A DNA stretch of 64,000 nt from Podospora anserina (taxonomy: Eukaryota), in NCBI GenBank assembly GCA_017654855.1, contig CM030336.1, positions 3,348,001 to 3,412,000 of the forward strand, in the 5' to 3' direction. The notes beneath the pieces were generated by a model, which searched no databases, was not told the DNA's origin, and worked only from the letters and a program-made list of their open reading frames with translations. This document shows positions 48,767-63,700 of this stretch, one piece after another. Within the stretch, counting starts at the first letter, position 1. The number at the start of each line of letters is the position of its first letter. The position numbers were made by a program, and so were the translations under genes.

Positions 48767-50330
48767 ATGTCGGAGAAGCACGAGCACGAGACGTCCAAGC
48801 ACGTCTCGGCTGAGGGCATCCAGCAGTCCTCTTCTAACCCGAGCCAGAATGAGGAGCCCATGTTCGAAAGAGATCCCAACCGCAAGTGGTGGCACGGCAT
48901 CAAGGAACCTGGCCATGCGCTCCAAATCGTGACGGCCGCCATCTTGGCTATCGCCATTGGCATGGCTGTTACCTCCACGGTTGGCAGCAAAAACATTCCC
49001 CAGGCGGCTACTGTCATTATCGGTATCCCAGGTGTGCTCTGGTTGCGTGCTCTCAGAGCTGTTGGTAAGATGCTCATATTCCGAAATGTCTCCGTCGCAT
49101 GCTAACAGTGTGTTCCTAGTGCTTCCCTTGATTATCTGCGCCATGATTCTCGCTGTTCAAAAGTTGAGGGCAATGTCCACGGGCGGTGGTGCTGTGGTTG
49201 CGAAGTGGTCCGTGTCATACTACGTGCTCACGACCCTGCTCGCCATTGTGCACTCAACTATTGCAGTGGCCGTCGGTTGGATCCGTCTCATGCAGGTTAT
49301 GGATGCCAAATCTCTGGAGGTTACCGATGAGGATGACCAGGACATGATCAAGGAGAGAACTGAGACCAAGATTCACGACGTTGTCAAGCAGATGTTTGAG
49401 TCCTTCATCCCTCAAAACGTTGTCAAGTCGCTCGCCGAAGACGGTCTCCTCGCCATCCTCGTCACCTCCGTCATCGTTGGATACCTTCTGAAGCCCAACT
49501 CGCCGCTCCTCAAGGTCGTCAAGGAGATTGAGGAGCTCATTACCATCATCATCACCTGGTTGATCAAGGCTGCGCCTATTGGTGTTTTCTTCCTCATCCT
49601 GCCCAACCTCTTCAGACTCGACATTGCCAGTATCGCCCAGAACTTGGGTGTCCTGATTGGCTCTTCGCTTGTCGGCATGTTCTTCCACCTGTTTGTAGTG
49701 TTGCCGCTCCTCTTCTTCCTCATCCTCCGCCGCAACCCTTACAGCTACTGGATGAAGCAGTCGCCTGCCTGGATTACTGCCTGGGGTACTGCTTCCAGTG
49801 CCGCTACGCTCCCGGTCACCATGAAGTGTGCCAAGCGCACTGGTATCCCCGATGGTCTTGCCAAGTTCACCCTGCCCCTGGGTTGCTTGATCAACATGGA
49901 TGGGTAAGTTTTTATGACACTTGTCAAATCTTTCCCCCGACGCCTGCTAACTCGTGTCATCAGTACTGCTATTTACTTCCCGGCTGTCGTTGTCTTCCTT
50001 GCCGCCACTCAGGGCCACGAGCTTACCGGTGCCGACTATGTCATCATCGTCCTGCTCTCCACCCTTGCCTCGATCGGAACCACGCCCATTCCTAGCTCGT
50101 CTCTCGTCTTGACCGTCATGATTGCCACCAGTGTCAACGTCGAGATTACCGGCATGTACGCCGTCGTTGTCGCCATCGATTGGTTCATTGACCGCTTCAG
50201 AACCGCCCTCAACGTGAGCGGTGATCTGTTCGCTGCTCCCATTATCCAAAAGCTCGCCAAGGTGGAGGACGATGGTGTTGTTTCGGAGGAAGAGGGTGTT
50301 GTCGTTACCGACAACAACGACCGCGTGTAG
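48767..50330 (+). CDS. Dicarboxylate/amino acid:cation symporter (DAACS/SDF family)
   Basis: APIGV, TASSAATLP, PLG..INMDGTA, ASIG and IDWFIDRFRTALNV.GD motifs; two introns. Confidence 0.93.
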
Positions 50331-50863
50331 AGTGCCGGTCGATTGTATGTGTTACGAATTGTCAGACGAAGCGTTGGAGTAATGAATAACTTTTTTTTTT
50401 GGGTGTGGGGGGGGCGGGGGTTTGGTTATAGTTGATGATACCATGGTGCCACGGCACCGCTTGATTTACCACACAAGTCGTACTTCTCTTTATGCACCCG
50501 ATTATTCTTGCTACCTTGGCATTTTCACGAGTCGGCCAGCCGGATTACCACCGACACAAACATGGTCTCTTTTGATTCCGAAGCCGCCAATAAAGGCAAT
50601 TATCGCTCTGTTACACAGCGCATATTACTTCCGATATCTGCATGCCGTTCGCCGGCCAGACAAATCGGGACGCCGAACCGGACTTGAAACTGATTGTCTC
50701 CGGTAATCCCGTGCATGATGACACTCTATTTACCCCGCTGTCGAAGATCTACAGGCAGGCGGGCATGGATGCTGACATTTGTGCAACTGTCTGATCTATT
50801 TAAACCTGCTGTCACTCATACTGCTGATATGTCCCCTTAGTTTTCCCCAACCCTTACCGCGAC

Positions 50864-52353
50864 ATGACCTCTTCACGACCAAAACTCCACGTCATCATCA
50901 TCGGCGCTGGGATCAGCGGGCTGGTGCTGGCGCAGTGTCTACGGAAACAGGGGATTTCGTTTGAAATCTTTGAGCGGGATGAGGGTCCTGCGGTGAGGAA
51001 GGGGGGGTATTGTCTTGGTTTGCATGAGTACTTACGTCTTCCCCTATTACCCTGACCCTTTCACTAATGGAGGAGTGTGTGTGATCCAGTCCAGAAAACC
51101 TCTTTGTCAAGTATCTACCTGACGATCTCCCTTCAGTGTGGTCGACGTGTCACTTGCTCCCGCTTGATCTCCCTTCTCAGCTGATGACCTACCTGCCGAA
51201 TGGGATTGCGTTTAGGGTTCAGGATGGGGAGGAGACGCCGTGTGTAAGGGTTAGTCGGGCGAAGCTGAGGGAGATGTTGGGGAGGCATCTGGAGATTAGG
51301 TGGGGGAGGAAGGCGGTGGGAGTTTGGGAGGAGGGGGAGGGGGTGGTTGTGAGGTTTGAGAGTGGGGAGGTGGTGAGGGGGGGGTTGGTGGTGGGGTGCG
51401 ATGGGATTTTTAGTGGTGGTATGTCTTTTTTGGTTGAGCTTTTCTGAGTGACTGGGATGGTGCTGACATCAAAATAGTGAGGAAGTGCATCCCTAACGGT
51501 CTCGACTGTATCCAGCTACAGCAATTTCCCGCTGCGGTGGTGGCTGGGGATGTGGTGCTTGAGGGGGAGGAAGTGAAGCGGCAGTTGAGGAATGGGCACT
51601 CGGCTTATGTTTCTGTTGGGAAGGAGTGGGGGTTGTTTGTTGGGTTGAATAAGCTGGTAAATGTCAAGGCTGATGAAGAGGGGGATGTGGAGGGGATGAA
51701 GGGGGAGTATTACTGGATTTTGAGTCGGTTTGACAAGGATGTGGCCGATGAGAAGCATTGGACGAAGACAATGACCGATGAGGAGAAGCTGGCGATGGCA
51801 AAGGAGGAGATAAAGGAGATGAGGGAGGAGTTTAAGATTGTTGTCGAAAAGACGTCTGTGGAAGGGCTGAAGAGTTCTGCTGTGTGTGTTTCCATCTTCT
51901 TGATGATAGCGCATGCTAACGTGAAGTAGTGGTCCATCTGGTATTCTGCGGTCAAGGGCATAAAAGACCTCAAGACGTCGCGAGTTGTACTGATAGGTGA
52001 TGCGGCTCACCCCATGACACCCGGTGAGTGTTGTTTGGGGAAAGGACAAGTCCGAGATGCTGATGTCAACTTGTCTAGCGCGCGGAGAGGGCGCCGTCGT
52101 AGCGATACGGGACGCAGTACAACTCAGCAAGGTTCTGGGAACGATTGACACCTCAGATGAGGCATCTCTCAAGTCGACTCTGCAAGACTTTCAGCAAGAT
52201 GTCCTTACAAAGGGCTTCGAGGCGATCCGAGGTGCTCGGGAAGCTTTTGAGGGTGTCTTTCAGAACAGGACACCGATGGCTTGGGGATGGGAGATGGCAC
52301 CCATTCGACAGGTCCCGCCTCTCCCTCCGTTGAAACTAAAGATGGCTTTTTGA
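50864..52353 (+). CDS. FAD-dependent monooxygenase (multi-exon)
   Basis: IIGAGISGL, FERD, VGCDG and LIGDAAHPMTP..GEG...AI.DA motifs. Confidence 0.9.
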
Positions 52354-52473
52354 GCCGCTCGAGGTGTTGAAGGGAGGTTGTTGGCATATACATAACATAA
52401 TCAGAGGTCGTTTTTGTTTTGTTACTGCATGTAGGTGCTACTTCCGGTCCTGATGCATATCAAATACTAGCCT

Positions 52474-52561
52474 GCCCGGCTAGCTCAATCGGTAGAGCGT
52501 GAGACTCTTATGGAGTACTCCGGTAATCTCAAGGTTGTGGGTTCGACCCCCACGTCGGGCT
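52474..52561 (+). tRNA. tRNA-Lys (CTT), intron 52511-52525
   Basis: GCCCGGC/GTCGGGC stem, TAGCTCAATCGG, TGAGA CT CTT A, GGTTCGACCCC. Confidence 0.95.
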
Positions 52562-53157
52562 CAATTCCCGTCTTCGACGATACTTTTTGCATTTGTTTTT
52601 GACAATCTTTTTGACTTCCGTTGATTCAAGTGTTCTCGTGATGACACTCGCAACTGTTTCATTTGCTGACTGCTCAGCCCTATGAACACACCCAACATGG
52701 ACCCCTCCTGCAGTCCAAGACACATGAACCTGCATGCGTCTATCGAAGACGCTGCAAGCCGCCTATCCACGATTGGACCTATCATCACCTTATCCTATTG
52801 CCAAGAACTCGGGTAGCTCACTGATAGGCCCGTTTAATGCGGTCCTTCGCAAATAGACTCAATCATGTCGCATGCAACCTAACCGATTGTACAGATGTCA
52901 CAGCCCGATATGGATAGGCAACTATCAACAGACAGGGTTCGGAGAATTCGCCCACAGAATGCCTGTTTGTCGAGCTCTGCCCCGCACCAAGGCTGTGACA
53001 GGGACATATTTGGGCATCGTGTGTGAGACGAGGGGTCTCGGGGCCTTTAAGACCTGATGAAGCCCGCTCTCCCCAGTCTGGTTCTTTCCACACAACAACA
53101 GCTTGGTTGCTCTTTGAGGTTTCGGTGGCACCGAAGCCACTCCGCTCCTCCCCCACG

Positions 53158-54876
53158 ATGACGCTTCTCTCAACCACAGTCCCGCATCTCCAAGCGGCCT
53201 GGGATGTCCACCCTTACCTCCTCCTCTCGGTTCCTTTTGCCCTCTACCTCCTCATCTCCAATGTCCGATCCTATCTCAAACTCCGACACATCAACGGCCC
53301 GTTCTTGGCGCACTTCACCTACGTCTGGTTCGTGGGCAGTGTCGCCCGAGGAAAGATGCTCAGCACTCTCCAGAAACTTACCTACAAGTACGGCCCTGTC
53401 TGTCGCATCGGCCCGAACGATCTTCTCGTCGGCGACTTTGACGAGGTTGTCCGCATCAACGGGGTGCGGTCACCGTATGTGAAGAGCGATTGGTATACTA
53501 CTATCCGGTTTGATGTTGATGGGGGGGACTCGGTTGTTTCGTTGATGGATACTGCGGAGCATGATGTGCGGAAGGCGAAACTGATTAAGGGGTATGAAGG
53601 GAGGGGGAAGGGGCAGGATAAGGGGTGGATGGATAAGGTTGTGGATAAGCATTTGGTGGAGTTGGTGAGGTTGTTGAGGGAGAAGTATGTCAAGCAGGGG
53701 AGGGAGATTAACTGGACGAATGTGATGAGATATTTTAGTGCGGATGTTATGGTGGAGGCTTTGATGGGTGAGGCATGGTAAGTTTCGTCTTTGGAAAGTG
53801 TTGATGATGGAAGCTAACGGACATGGTTCAGGGGAGACCTTCAGACGGATAGTGATATTCACAAGTTCTTCGAGATGTCGGATTATTCTACGCCTTACAT
53901 CCATACTGTTGGAAGTTGGGGGAGTCTGAGGTGGCTTACGAGCAGCTGGTGGTTCATTCGCAAGGCTGGGCCGAAGGTGACGGATAATCATGGTTTGGGC
54001 AAGTTCATTTCGTAAGTCTGTCCAGAATGAAGACGAAGAAAAAAAAAGAACCAGATACTGAACAACAAAGCCTGGTGAGAGAAGAGGTTTCCAAGCGTTT
54101 TAGGGATCCCGAATCCAAGAAGGGCGATATGTTGGTATGTCAAAGTCCCGTCGGTAACCGGTTAAGAGCGCAGGTTGACAAAAGAATGACAGGCCGACTG
54201 GATCTCTCAAGGACTTACCTCACGCGAATGCGAGCTTGATGTCATCCTCGGCGTGATAGCAGGGGCGGACACCGTTGCCGTGCCCATGCGAACCATCTTC
54301 CTCTATCTCATCACCTCTCCACTCGTCTATTCCAAGCTCAAAGACGAGATCACAACCGCCATCAAGACCGGAGCCATCTCAGAACCCATCACAAACCAAC
54401 AGGCTCTCAAATTACCGTACATGCAAGCTGTTATCCACGAGGGCCTCCGCATGATGCCCATCTCTGCTTTCGGCTTTCCCAAGAGAGTACCCGCGGAGGG
54501 AGACATGATTTGTGGCATACACGTCCCTGGTGGAACAGACATCTTTCCTAACAACCTCGCCATTCAACGAAGCAAAAAGGTGTTTGGGGATGACGTCGAT
54601 GTTTTCCGGCCAGAGAGGTGGTTGATTGAAAACACTCGAGGACCGGAACACCGCAGCTTGATGGTCCGACACATCGAAGTCATCTTTGGTCATGGAAGAT
54701 GGCAATGCCCGGGGCGGATGCTTGCTTGGGTTCAGCTGAACAAGGTCTTTGTGGAGGTTTTGAGGAACTTTGACTTTCAGGTTGGCAACCCGAGAGATCC
54801 TTGGAAGTTGGGGGTTTATAGCTCGGTTACTGTTGGCGACTTTTGGGTGAAAGGTGTTGAATCAAGGCAGGAGTAA
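53158..54876 (+). CDS. Cytochrome P450 (multi-exon)
   Basis: KYGPVCRIGPN, AGADT, EGLR, FRPERW and the heme motif FGHGRWQCPG. Confidence 0.93.
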
Positions 54877-55690
54877 TAGGAGAGTCAGGTAAACAGTAAT
54901 AGTTACAGACGGAAATTTAATGTAGCTTCAGTACCTAGGATATGATCACATCGATCAACGATCGGTATGATTAAGTTGTGGAATATAAACTTCTACATTA
55001 GACACATTGATAGGTGGTCAGATCCCGCTACCAATATCCGACGTACATCTGATGTGGCTGCAGATTGAACATTCCAAAACAAAATACCTACAGTAGCTGG
55101 TGGATGCATTGCCATGGTGGCTGATGAGCACGAGAGGAGCCAGGCTCGGCTCAGCACCTCCCTGGAGCCGCTCATCTTCGCCCCAGCCACATACTGCAAG
55201 CGCCGCGCTCACCCCTATCAAATCAGTCTGGGCAGCAAGCAAACAGACCTGTTCCTAAGTTAAACTGGCGTAAGTTTCCAAAAAGCAGATGAACCGGGCA
55301 CATCAAGCGATACGTAAATATAAGTCGTCAATAGCATAATACCTACATACTTCTTCACTTAACCTGTATTGATGGCGAAACTATCTACATTACCTTAACG
55401 CCCTGAGCTTGTAAGAGATTCCAAAAAGTTTTTGACGAACCGATAGACCGCTTACCTTACGCCAGCCTATCTTGAGGGAGCTCGGGTGGCTTGCATACGA
55501 CATAACTGCCAGGCAGGTACCTACGTACCTTGCGATCAGCCTTTGGTTTTGCAAACATAGGTACCCTCCAATCACAATACAAAATGTGGGAAGCGGGGTC
55601 AGCAGATTTTCAGGCTTCTCTCCACAACAACAGAAAAGTACGGCAGCAACAACCAAAAGCTGAGGACAAGAAAAGAAAAACACAAAAGTA

Positions 55691-57551
55691 ATGTCATCGT
55701 CTAAGGGAACCGCCATCCAGGTTTGGTATTGTGTAAGTGGAAAAGCGTTGTTCGGTTCATACGCGCCTATCTGCTGACCTCAATACAGGACAACTGTACC
55801 TATGGGCCCCTCAATTATACCTTGGACCCGTACTGCCCAAGCTGCGGTCACTTGCGATGCGCATATTGCACGTACACGCTGAGTACAATCAAGACAAGAA
55901 ATGGCGGCGGCGGTTACCGGTCATCGTCAGGCAATCTGTCGCGCCCCCGGGAGATGCAAGAGCCTCTTTACGGCTCTTCTTCTGCCCCTGAACCAGAAAC
56001 GAACGCGAAGAGCGGCATACCCCCTGCCAGACTCAAGGACCCTCAATTGAGTACCAATGAACGACCCCAATCCGAGACAGGCCATGAGGGCAGCACCTCA
56101 TCCACCATTGAACCCTCAGTATTGTCCGAAAAGAGCTTTTCCGGACAAGCTCCGGCCAAATACAGGGCGGCAGTGCCCCAGCCGTCCCAAATCAAGACGA
56201 GAAAAGACATTACTTCTGAAGAACTCCACGTGGCAAATGACCCCAGCAAACAACAGTGGAGTGAATCCAAGTCATATCCTACTAGCGTTCCCCAAGGACG
56301 CGCGATCAAGCTCGACGAGCTAAGGGCTCGTCCTTCTTCGAAACCTATAGATCCACATGGATATCAGCAGAAATCCGTGCCTACAGTACAGGCTTTCCAG
56401 ACAACACGAACCTTGTGGCAGCATCATCGAAATATGATCTCTGATAGGCTTCAAAATGCGCCATCAGCGAGCCATGTCCAGGTCTCATGGACATGTGTAA
56501 GCCTATCCCCTTACAAGGCATATCTTCTGTGACATATTGGTGACATCTCCCTAACATGAAAATCTACCAGAGGTGCGGTCACCGCCTACATATTCACGTG
56601 CCAGTGTTACAGCTCCAAGCCGCCATAGATTTTGCGGCCCAGGCTGCCGGCCCAAATGCCCATACCGTTACCAGCAGGAGACCAGTCGAACAGGGTGGCG
56701 CGTCAGCATCCAGCAGTAGCCAGGCCTCGACCAACACAGAGCTGCCACAAGCTAACTCCACAAATTCGGGACCGCGTTCACCCCACACAAGTTCGTCGGA
56801 CGAAGAAGTTAACAGCGTTCTGCCCCCGTTCATACCAACTGGAACCAAGCGGTTTCTCCTGCTATGTGTCAACACGGGTAGTCTTGGTGGAGTCCGTCAC
56901 CGCAGGCTGGCCAACGTAGAGGTCACTAACACTGAATGTGGCGGGGAACTGTTCCAGAGTCTTCGCAACGCCTATTACTCGTTGAGGAAGAGTACGTGGA
57001 ACCCATTCCTGATTCCAAAGACAATGCACTACGTCAAATTCCAGCTTCTGTTTCTCCAAAGGTCAGGTGAAGTCGTCGGGACCTACGAGGTGAACTCAAT
57101 TCCTCCAGCGAAAGAGGTGTTGACGCAGGCGTACGACTTCCGCCCTTGTCCTCCCCGAGTTGGAGGTTTACCCATCCCACGGGATATTTTCATGCACTCT
57201 TTCCTCAATCCTGGGGACCACCTGGGACCGATGGTCGTCGAGATGTTGCCGAAGAAGCTCTGGGCTGAACTAAGATGGGATGGACAGGCGCATGATCACT
57301 TCAACATTCCCACTGGATGGGGGTTCTATATTGTGGAGGGGATATATTGGGGGCTTGTGTGGTGGTGGACTGTTCTCTTATTGGTTGCAGTGTCGATATT
57401 GACAGTTACTTGGTCAGCGCTGATGGGTGATGTTCAAGGGGGGACTGGGCTGGGACAGTATTGTCTGGCGGCGTTGGCAGTGCTTGGTTCCGTGGGCCTG
57501 TGGCACTATAATGTGAGAGGAATATCTTCACGCGAGCTGTTGGTTGAATAG
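55691..57551 (+). CDS. Hypothetical protein with a Cys-rich N-terminus and two C-terminal TM helices
   Basis: Splice model with introns ~55733-55788 and ~56497-56570 gives WYC|DNC..CPSCGHLRCAYC and W.C|RCGH. The C-terminus is hydrophobic. Confidence 0.7.
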
Positions 57552-57748
57552 CAGTAATAACCCTCTGTGCGTAGATGGCAAACGGAGTAAGAGATGGAGC
57601 ATGGGGGACCATATTGTGAAGAGGATCGTGTGATGTTGGTAGAGCCCGCGGCCCTGAAGCAGGAAGCTGCAGCCACATGTACCGAGACAACCGAACCGTT
57701 CTTTACTTTTTTCATTATAGGTAGTTACCAGCATGTAGGTGCCTCCCA

Positions 57749-60700
57749 TTAAGCTTGCTCGTCCACCAACCTCCTCATCTTCTCGATGGTTGCAGTGCCC
57801 AAATCATGCAACGTGCCACCACCCATGATTTCCAAAGTCGTCACCTCAACGCCAAACGTCAGTTTCCACCAACGACGTAGTTCAACTGCCATCAGAGAAT
57901 CCACCCCTAGCTGTTGCAGCGTCTGCCCAACATCTACATCCTGATCGTCCGACATCATGATAGCTCGAACTCGTCTTCCAATCTCCAGACCGAAAACATC
58001 CGCCGCTCCCGCTTCTTCCAGGACAGTCAGATTGCCACGAGCCCGAAAAGCCAGCTCTTCCGCCGCGGTGAGGGAAGTGCCAATTTTTGATACACCGGCT
58101 TCTGCTTCACTAACAATGTTGTGGTGAGACCCCATCAGCGGATCTCGTCGCCAAGGTGCCCGGCAATTCGGATCTGATAACGGCGCCTCGGAACGAACAG
58201 CCATGACGATGTGACCATCATCACTGCACTGGAGCTCATCGCCACCGCTCTGTGGTCTTTGGTGTTGTACTGAGAACTCCACGAAATCAAGAAATTCCCT
58301 CTCTGTCAAGAGATGGAAGCCAGATCCTTGGACCTTTCTCATCGCTGCCAGATTCTCCTCAATGAAGCCGGCCCCAGAGATCGGACCAACCAGTAGCACC
58401 GAGGATGGCAAACCGAGCCCTCGCCGATAATGAGAGAAGGACTCGAGAAACGTGCAGGCCGCCGCATAGTTGCTTTCTCCCGGTTGATGGGCAATGGTCA
58501 AAGCTGAGCTTGTCATCAAGAAAAAGTCGAGTGGCATGTCAGAGAGAGCATGGTGCAGGTTCCATGCGCCATCAACTTTTGGAGCCACGGCTGCTTGCCA
58601 GTCTTCATGGCTTAAAGTGATTCCTGGAGCTTCTCGTTGAACCATTGCCAGATGCATCACACCCCGGACGGGGGTAGGCGCCTGAGCAATTGCACGCTTG
58701 ACATCCTGCATGTTGTTAACGCATCCTGCCACGGGGATGCCAAGGCACCCGAGGCTTCTCAGTTCCACGATGAAGTCCTTGTCGTGTTGACTGATGCCTG
58801 CGCTTCGGGTTAAGAAAATGATGCACCCAGCACCTCGCTCCGCCATCCAGGTTGCTATCGACTTGCCCAATCCACCGAGACCACCTGACAGCAAATACGT
58901 AGCATTGGGGTCGAATTGGCAGATTCTTCTCTCCAGCGGTGCGGCCATAATTGTGTCGAGATTGTCCGGCAGTTTGACGACGCCCTTGCCAATGTGATCA
59001 GCGTCTTGAAGCCAGCAGTATGCTGTTTTCACCTCGTCTGCATCAAAGGTCTGGGGTCGATCATGTATCCTCAGTTTCCCTTCAGACATCCATTGGAAAA
59101 CCTGATTCAGTGACCTAATTATTGTTAGAAGATATTGGATCTCGGCCTATTTGGAGTTGGTTGACTCACCTCTGCACAATTGCTGGTCTTTTCAGCGCCA
59201 ACGCTGCTGTGTCAACGCAAACAAACGATCTGTTCTGCAAAAACGGCTCCATGTCAAGTGTTCCGCGTCCTAAGATGTCCGACTTGCCCAGCTCAATCAT
59301 TTTTCCCATCTCGGCGACGCATTTCCATGACGCATGAAGGAGAGGGCCAGAAAGAGAGTTTAGTACGACGTCTACGCCCTGGCCTTTGGTCATTCGCATG
59401 ATTCCCTCAACAAAGCTATCATCACGGGAGTTGAAGATCTGATCTCGAGCAAGTCCAAACTTCTCCATCGCATAGTTGACCTTTTTTTGTGAGCCGACGG
59501 TAACGAACACTTCGGCACCGATCATTTGGCAGACCTGGATGGCAGCAAGTCCTACGCCGCCACATCCGGAGTGGATGAGTATAGTCTATAAAGCGTCAGG
59601 AATGTTGAGCGACTCGCTTGAGTCCAACTGGACAACTTACCTGACCGGCTGACAAGTGGGCCACTTCAATGAGGGCATAGAAAACTGTAATATAGACCAC
59701 AGGAATAGCAGCCGCTTGTTCAAACTGCATGTCGTCGGGGAATTTCACACAGTTTAGGCCATGGAGGACAGCGTGTGTCGAGAAGCAACCGTTTCCGTTG
59801 AAGCCTGCCACTCGATCACCAACGACAAGATGCTTGACGTTCGCTCCAACCTGAGAGATAATGCCTGACACTTCGACGCCAATCGGAATCTCGCCGGATC
59901 CAAAGTCGATCAACCCTAGGGCACCCACAACATCCTGACGATTGTTAGCTGAAGGATTCATGACGAACTAGCACAAATGACCTACCTTGAAATTCAGCCC
60001 AACAGCTTTGGTTTCAAGCACCACCTCATCAGGGCCAAGACCGTCACTGTCGACAAGATACGTCTTCCAACGAAGTGAAGACAGCGCCCCCACCTGGCCC
60101 AACTCAAGTCGCTTAGCGATGGCATTCGTATTTGAAACAGACGAATGGCTTTCAGTAGTTGTGTCTGTAAGGATAGAAATCGACTCCAAGCGAGGTACTT
60201 GCACCAGTCCCCCTCGAACAACAAACACGTGGTCTTCTTCAACACGACGCCCGTCGTCCCGCTCCACAATCTTCTTCAAGACATCTATCACAAGCCGCGC
60301 GAAATCTGGCTCGTCGTCTGCAATTTCAAGTGTGAAAAACGGGAGTGAGTTTTCATTGCGAAAGACGCCCAATGCTCCAGGGGTCTGGCCTGCGCGTGGA
60401 TTCTCACATCCAGGGGAGGACGTCAGGGGCATCAGCCAGAGAAGCTCTTCGGACTTGTACCCCTCGCAGAGGCGTTGGAATGCTTGAAATCGGGTTGGGG
60501 AGATATCCTCGAAAAAGGGCGACTCGTGGTCCAGTGTTGAGATGACAAGCATGTCTGGGGGCAGCTCCTCTCCTAGCTTCACTTTAAGGACCTCGTAGCG
60601 GTCAGACTCAAGGCCGTATATGAGCTTCTTGGTTACCGGTGAATCGGGATCGTCGTGAAGGAGAGCAATCTTTCCAGCAGCGATCTCAGCAAGCTGATGT

Positions 60701-63700
60701 ACCGGGGGTGCTTGAGCAAGCAGTGTGGTGCACATGTGGAAAGGTTCAGCCGCGTCAAGCACCGTGGTTGTAACCCCTGAAAAGCCCGCCGCCCGCAGCT
60801 CAGTGTCCCAACGTGCAACAGACACATGCGGTGCCCACTTGCGGTCGTCAGCTGCCCCCAGCCACCAGCCGGGAAAATAGCCAAAGACCAATCCTGGGAC
60901 AAAGGTGTGACCACAGATTTCTGTCAATAGGAGCTGACCTCCTGGTCGTAGGAGAGTCTTAAGTCCAGAAAGGGACTCATGCAGCGAGGGCAACGCATGG
61001 ATGACATTGACAGCCACGATGAGATCATAGCTTTGAGGTTCAAAGCCCTGCTCGAGAGGATTGCTAGATGCGTCAAGTACCCTGTACTCCATGTTCGGTT
61101 GATCCTTGAACCTGGCTTGAGCGTCAGGAAAGAAGCCTGCGGATACGTCGGTAAAGGTGTACTGAGCATAAGGGGGCTTTTGACCTGGGAGCACGATTCC
61201 TTCGAGGATTGCTGAGGTGGTTCCACCAGTGCCGGCGCCGATTTCTAAGATGCGGAGTCCGGGTTTGCTCACACAGAGAGACTTGACGAAAGGGGAAACG
61301 TCAAAGGTCATGCCTCGGTAGAGTTCTCTGAGTAGACCGTCGTGAATGAGAAGCTCAATGGCTGTGATGTCTTCCTTCAAGAGCCACTCGGTGTTCATGT
61401 AGACCCTTTGCATTGCTTTCCAAATACCGTCTTCTGGGGAGCGGTCCTGAAGTGTGCTCAATCGACTCTTGATGGCGGTATTCCGGTCATATGTCTCTAG
61501 GCCGAGGAAATTGGACACAGCTTCGCTGCCGAGGACAGGGTACCTACCTTCAAGTGCCCCGAGGCGACATCGCTGAAGCCACAGTTTATACATCTTCAGG
61601 TGTTCAGCCTCTGGTTCCATGGCGCGGGATGCCTCTTCCATGTCGAGCAACATCAACAGCGCGAGCTCCTCAACCAGAAGTCTGTTCTTAGGCATGGTGG
61701 CTGGGGTATTTGGCGGAATAATGAGAGCCTCCTTTTTGACAAAGTCCACATGCGAATGCCATGTTACGCGACAAGCTGCGTGTCTGTCGACATCAACCTT
61801 CTCCTCGTCGTCCAGACGCGAGACCTTGAAGCCCCGAACTCGAAGGGCAAGACTACTATCAGGACCTCGAGCGTTTACCTCGGTGCGTTTTGGGTCGATG
61901 GAAGCTTTCGCTTCGGCAGCCAACGGTGTTGTGTCGGTAAGGGAGGCGTGCACATCGATTTCCTCGATCAAAGAAGGGATAGCCAGCTTCTCAATGTTCC
62001 TCCCGCTTCCCTTTGCCATGGCCACCAGTATCATCTGGAAACATGCGTCCAGTGCGGTGGGGTGGATGTGGTAGGAAGACTCCCTCAGGCCGTTCAGTGG
62101 AGCCTCTACTTGACCGATAGCATGGGTGTTAACGGGACATGCTTCGATGTGCTTGAGCCTGCGGAACGTTGGTCCGAACTCGATACCGATTCTCCCAAAG
62201 CTGGAGTACATCTTTTGGGAGGATACCTTTCTTGGGAGGCTAGTTGGAGCATTCTCGGCCTTCACTGAGCGCTTGGCCGCCGGCTTTACCAGGCCTTCAC
62301 AGTGCTTAATCCAGCCAGATCCCGTAAAGGAAGATATGCTAAAGTGATAAAACCCCGAGTCTGCTTTTTCCGTCAGCCGCTGTGGCCGAAGAGAAGTCAC
62401 AATCTCAGCGGCTTTCCCCCGATAAAGCAGCAAGGCAGTGTGCACGACAATGTTCCGCAGGCTGTATCCAGTCTCAACTTTTGTCAGCTGTCGGATTGCT
62501 TCACCCGCCATGGCGACATAGCCGGCAAAGGGGAAGACAATGTCACCCTTGACCTTGTGGTCAGCAAGCCACTCTTCGTCTTCTACGTCGAGAAGATTAC
62601 GCCAGGAGGGTTCGAGGCCAGAGCTCTCTTCAATGCGGCGGCCGAGGAGGGCATGTCGGCTGAACTCTGCTTGCCTCCAATCTTTGCTGATCCGGCTTTC
62701 GTTCCAGTAACGAGTGGAGTGGTTCCAGGAGTATGGTGCCAGATCGTGGAGGACTTTGCCGGAGAGGAATGAGGCGAAGTCGATGGTCAGTCCATGCTGC
62801 CAAAGGGAGCCCAAGGCTGTGAGGAGGGTCTTGCTGGAGTTCTCTTTGCGAATGGCCGTAGGGATGTACTCGAACGCAACGCTTTTATGGGTGACAATCT
62901 GCCGCAGTGGCCCCTTCAGTTGAGAGTGTGGTCCAACCTCCAAGAAAACGGAGTTGGGAAGGCTCTCCATCACAGATCTTGCCGCAGAAAGGAACTTGAC
63001 TTTGGAGGTGAGATTTGTTGCCCAGTACGAGAGGTCAATGGGGTCCTCATGAAGATCTCCCGAAACAGTTGAGTACCAGGGAATAGTTGGTTTCCGTTGT
63101 TGGTTGGCATCTGGAAGCTCTCGTCTAAGAAGCTCCAGATATCGAGTAGCGGGTTCATTCATGTGAGACGAGTGATAGGCCGTATTGACTGCTAGCTTCT
63201 TGCAGAAAGCTTCAGGAAATGCGTTCCTGACAGCCGACATGGTCTGCTCAACAGCAGGTATATCGCCGGATATTGTTGTTGAGTTTGGACTGTTTTCTGC
63301 TGCAATTGTTGCACCATCAGCCAGGGATAGGGTCACATCTTCTGATCCCAAGCCCACGGCGGCCATAGCACCAGGCCGGACGCTCTCCTTCATAATAAAG
63401 CCCCTGTAGTATGCGATGATGATAGCCTCTGACAAACTTAGCACTCCTGCTGCATAAGCACCGGTTATTTCTCCGCTGGAGTGACCGATCACAGCATCCG
63501 GGTGAATGCCCTTCCTTGCGAGAGACCGAACGAAGGCGAGCTGCAGCGCTGTACAGAGTGGCTGAGAGAATTCAGCTTCGTAGATCTGGGATTCCTCTGG
63601 CCGCTTCGAGAGCTCATCTACACGACAGGGAGTCAGTTGTCCTTCTCTATCTTAGCGGTATGGGTCAGCTGGGACAGTGATCTTACCTTCCAGGGACCAT

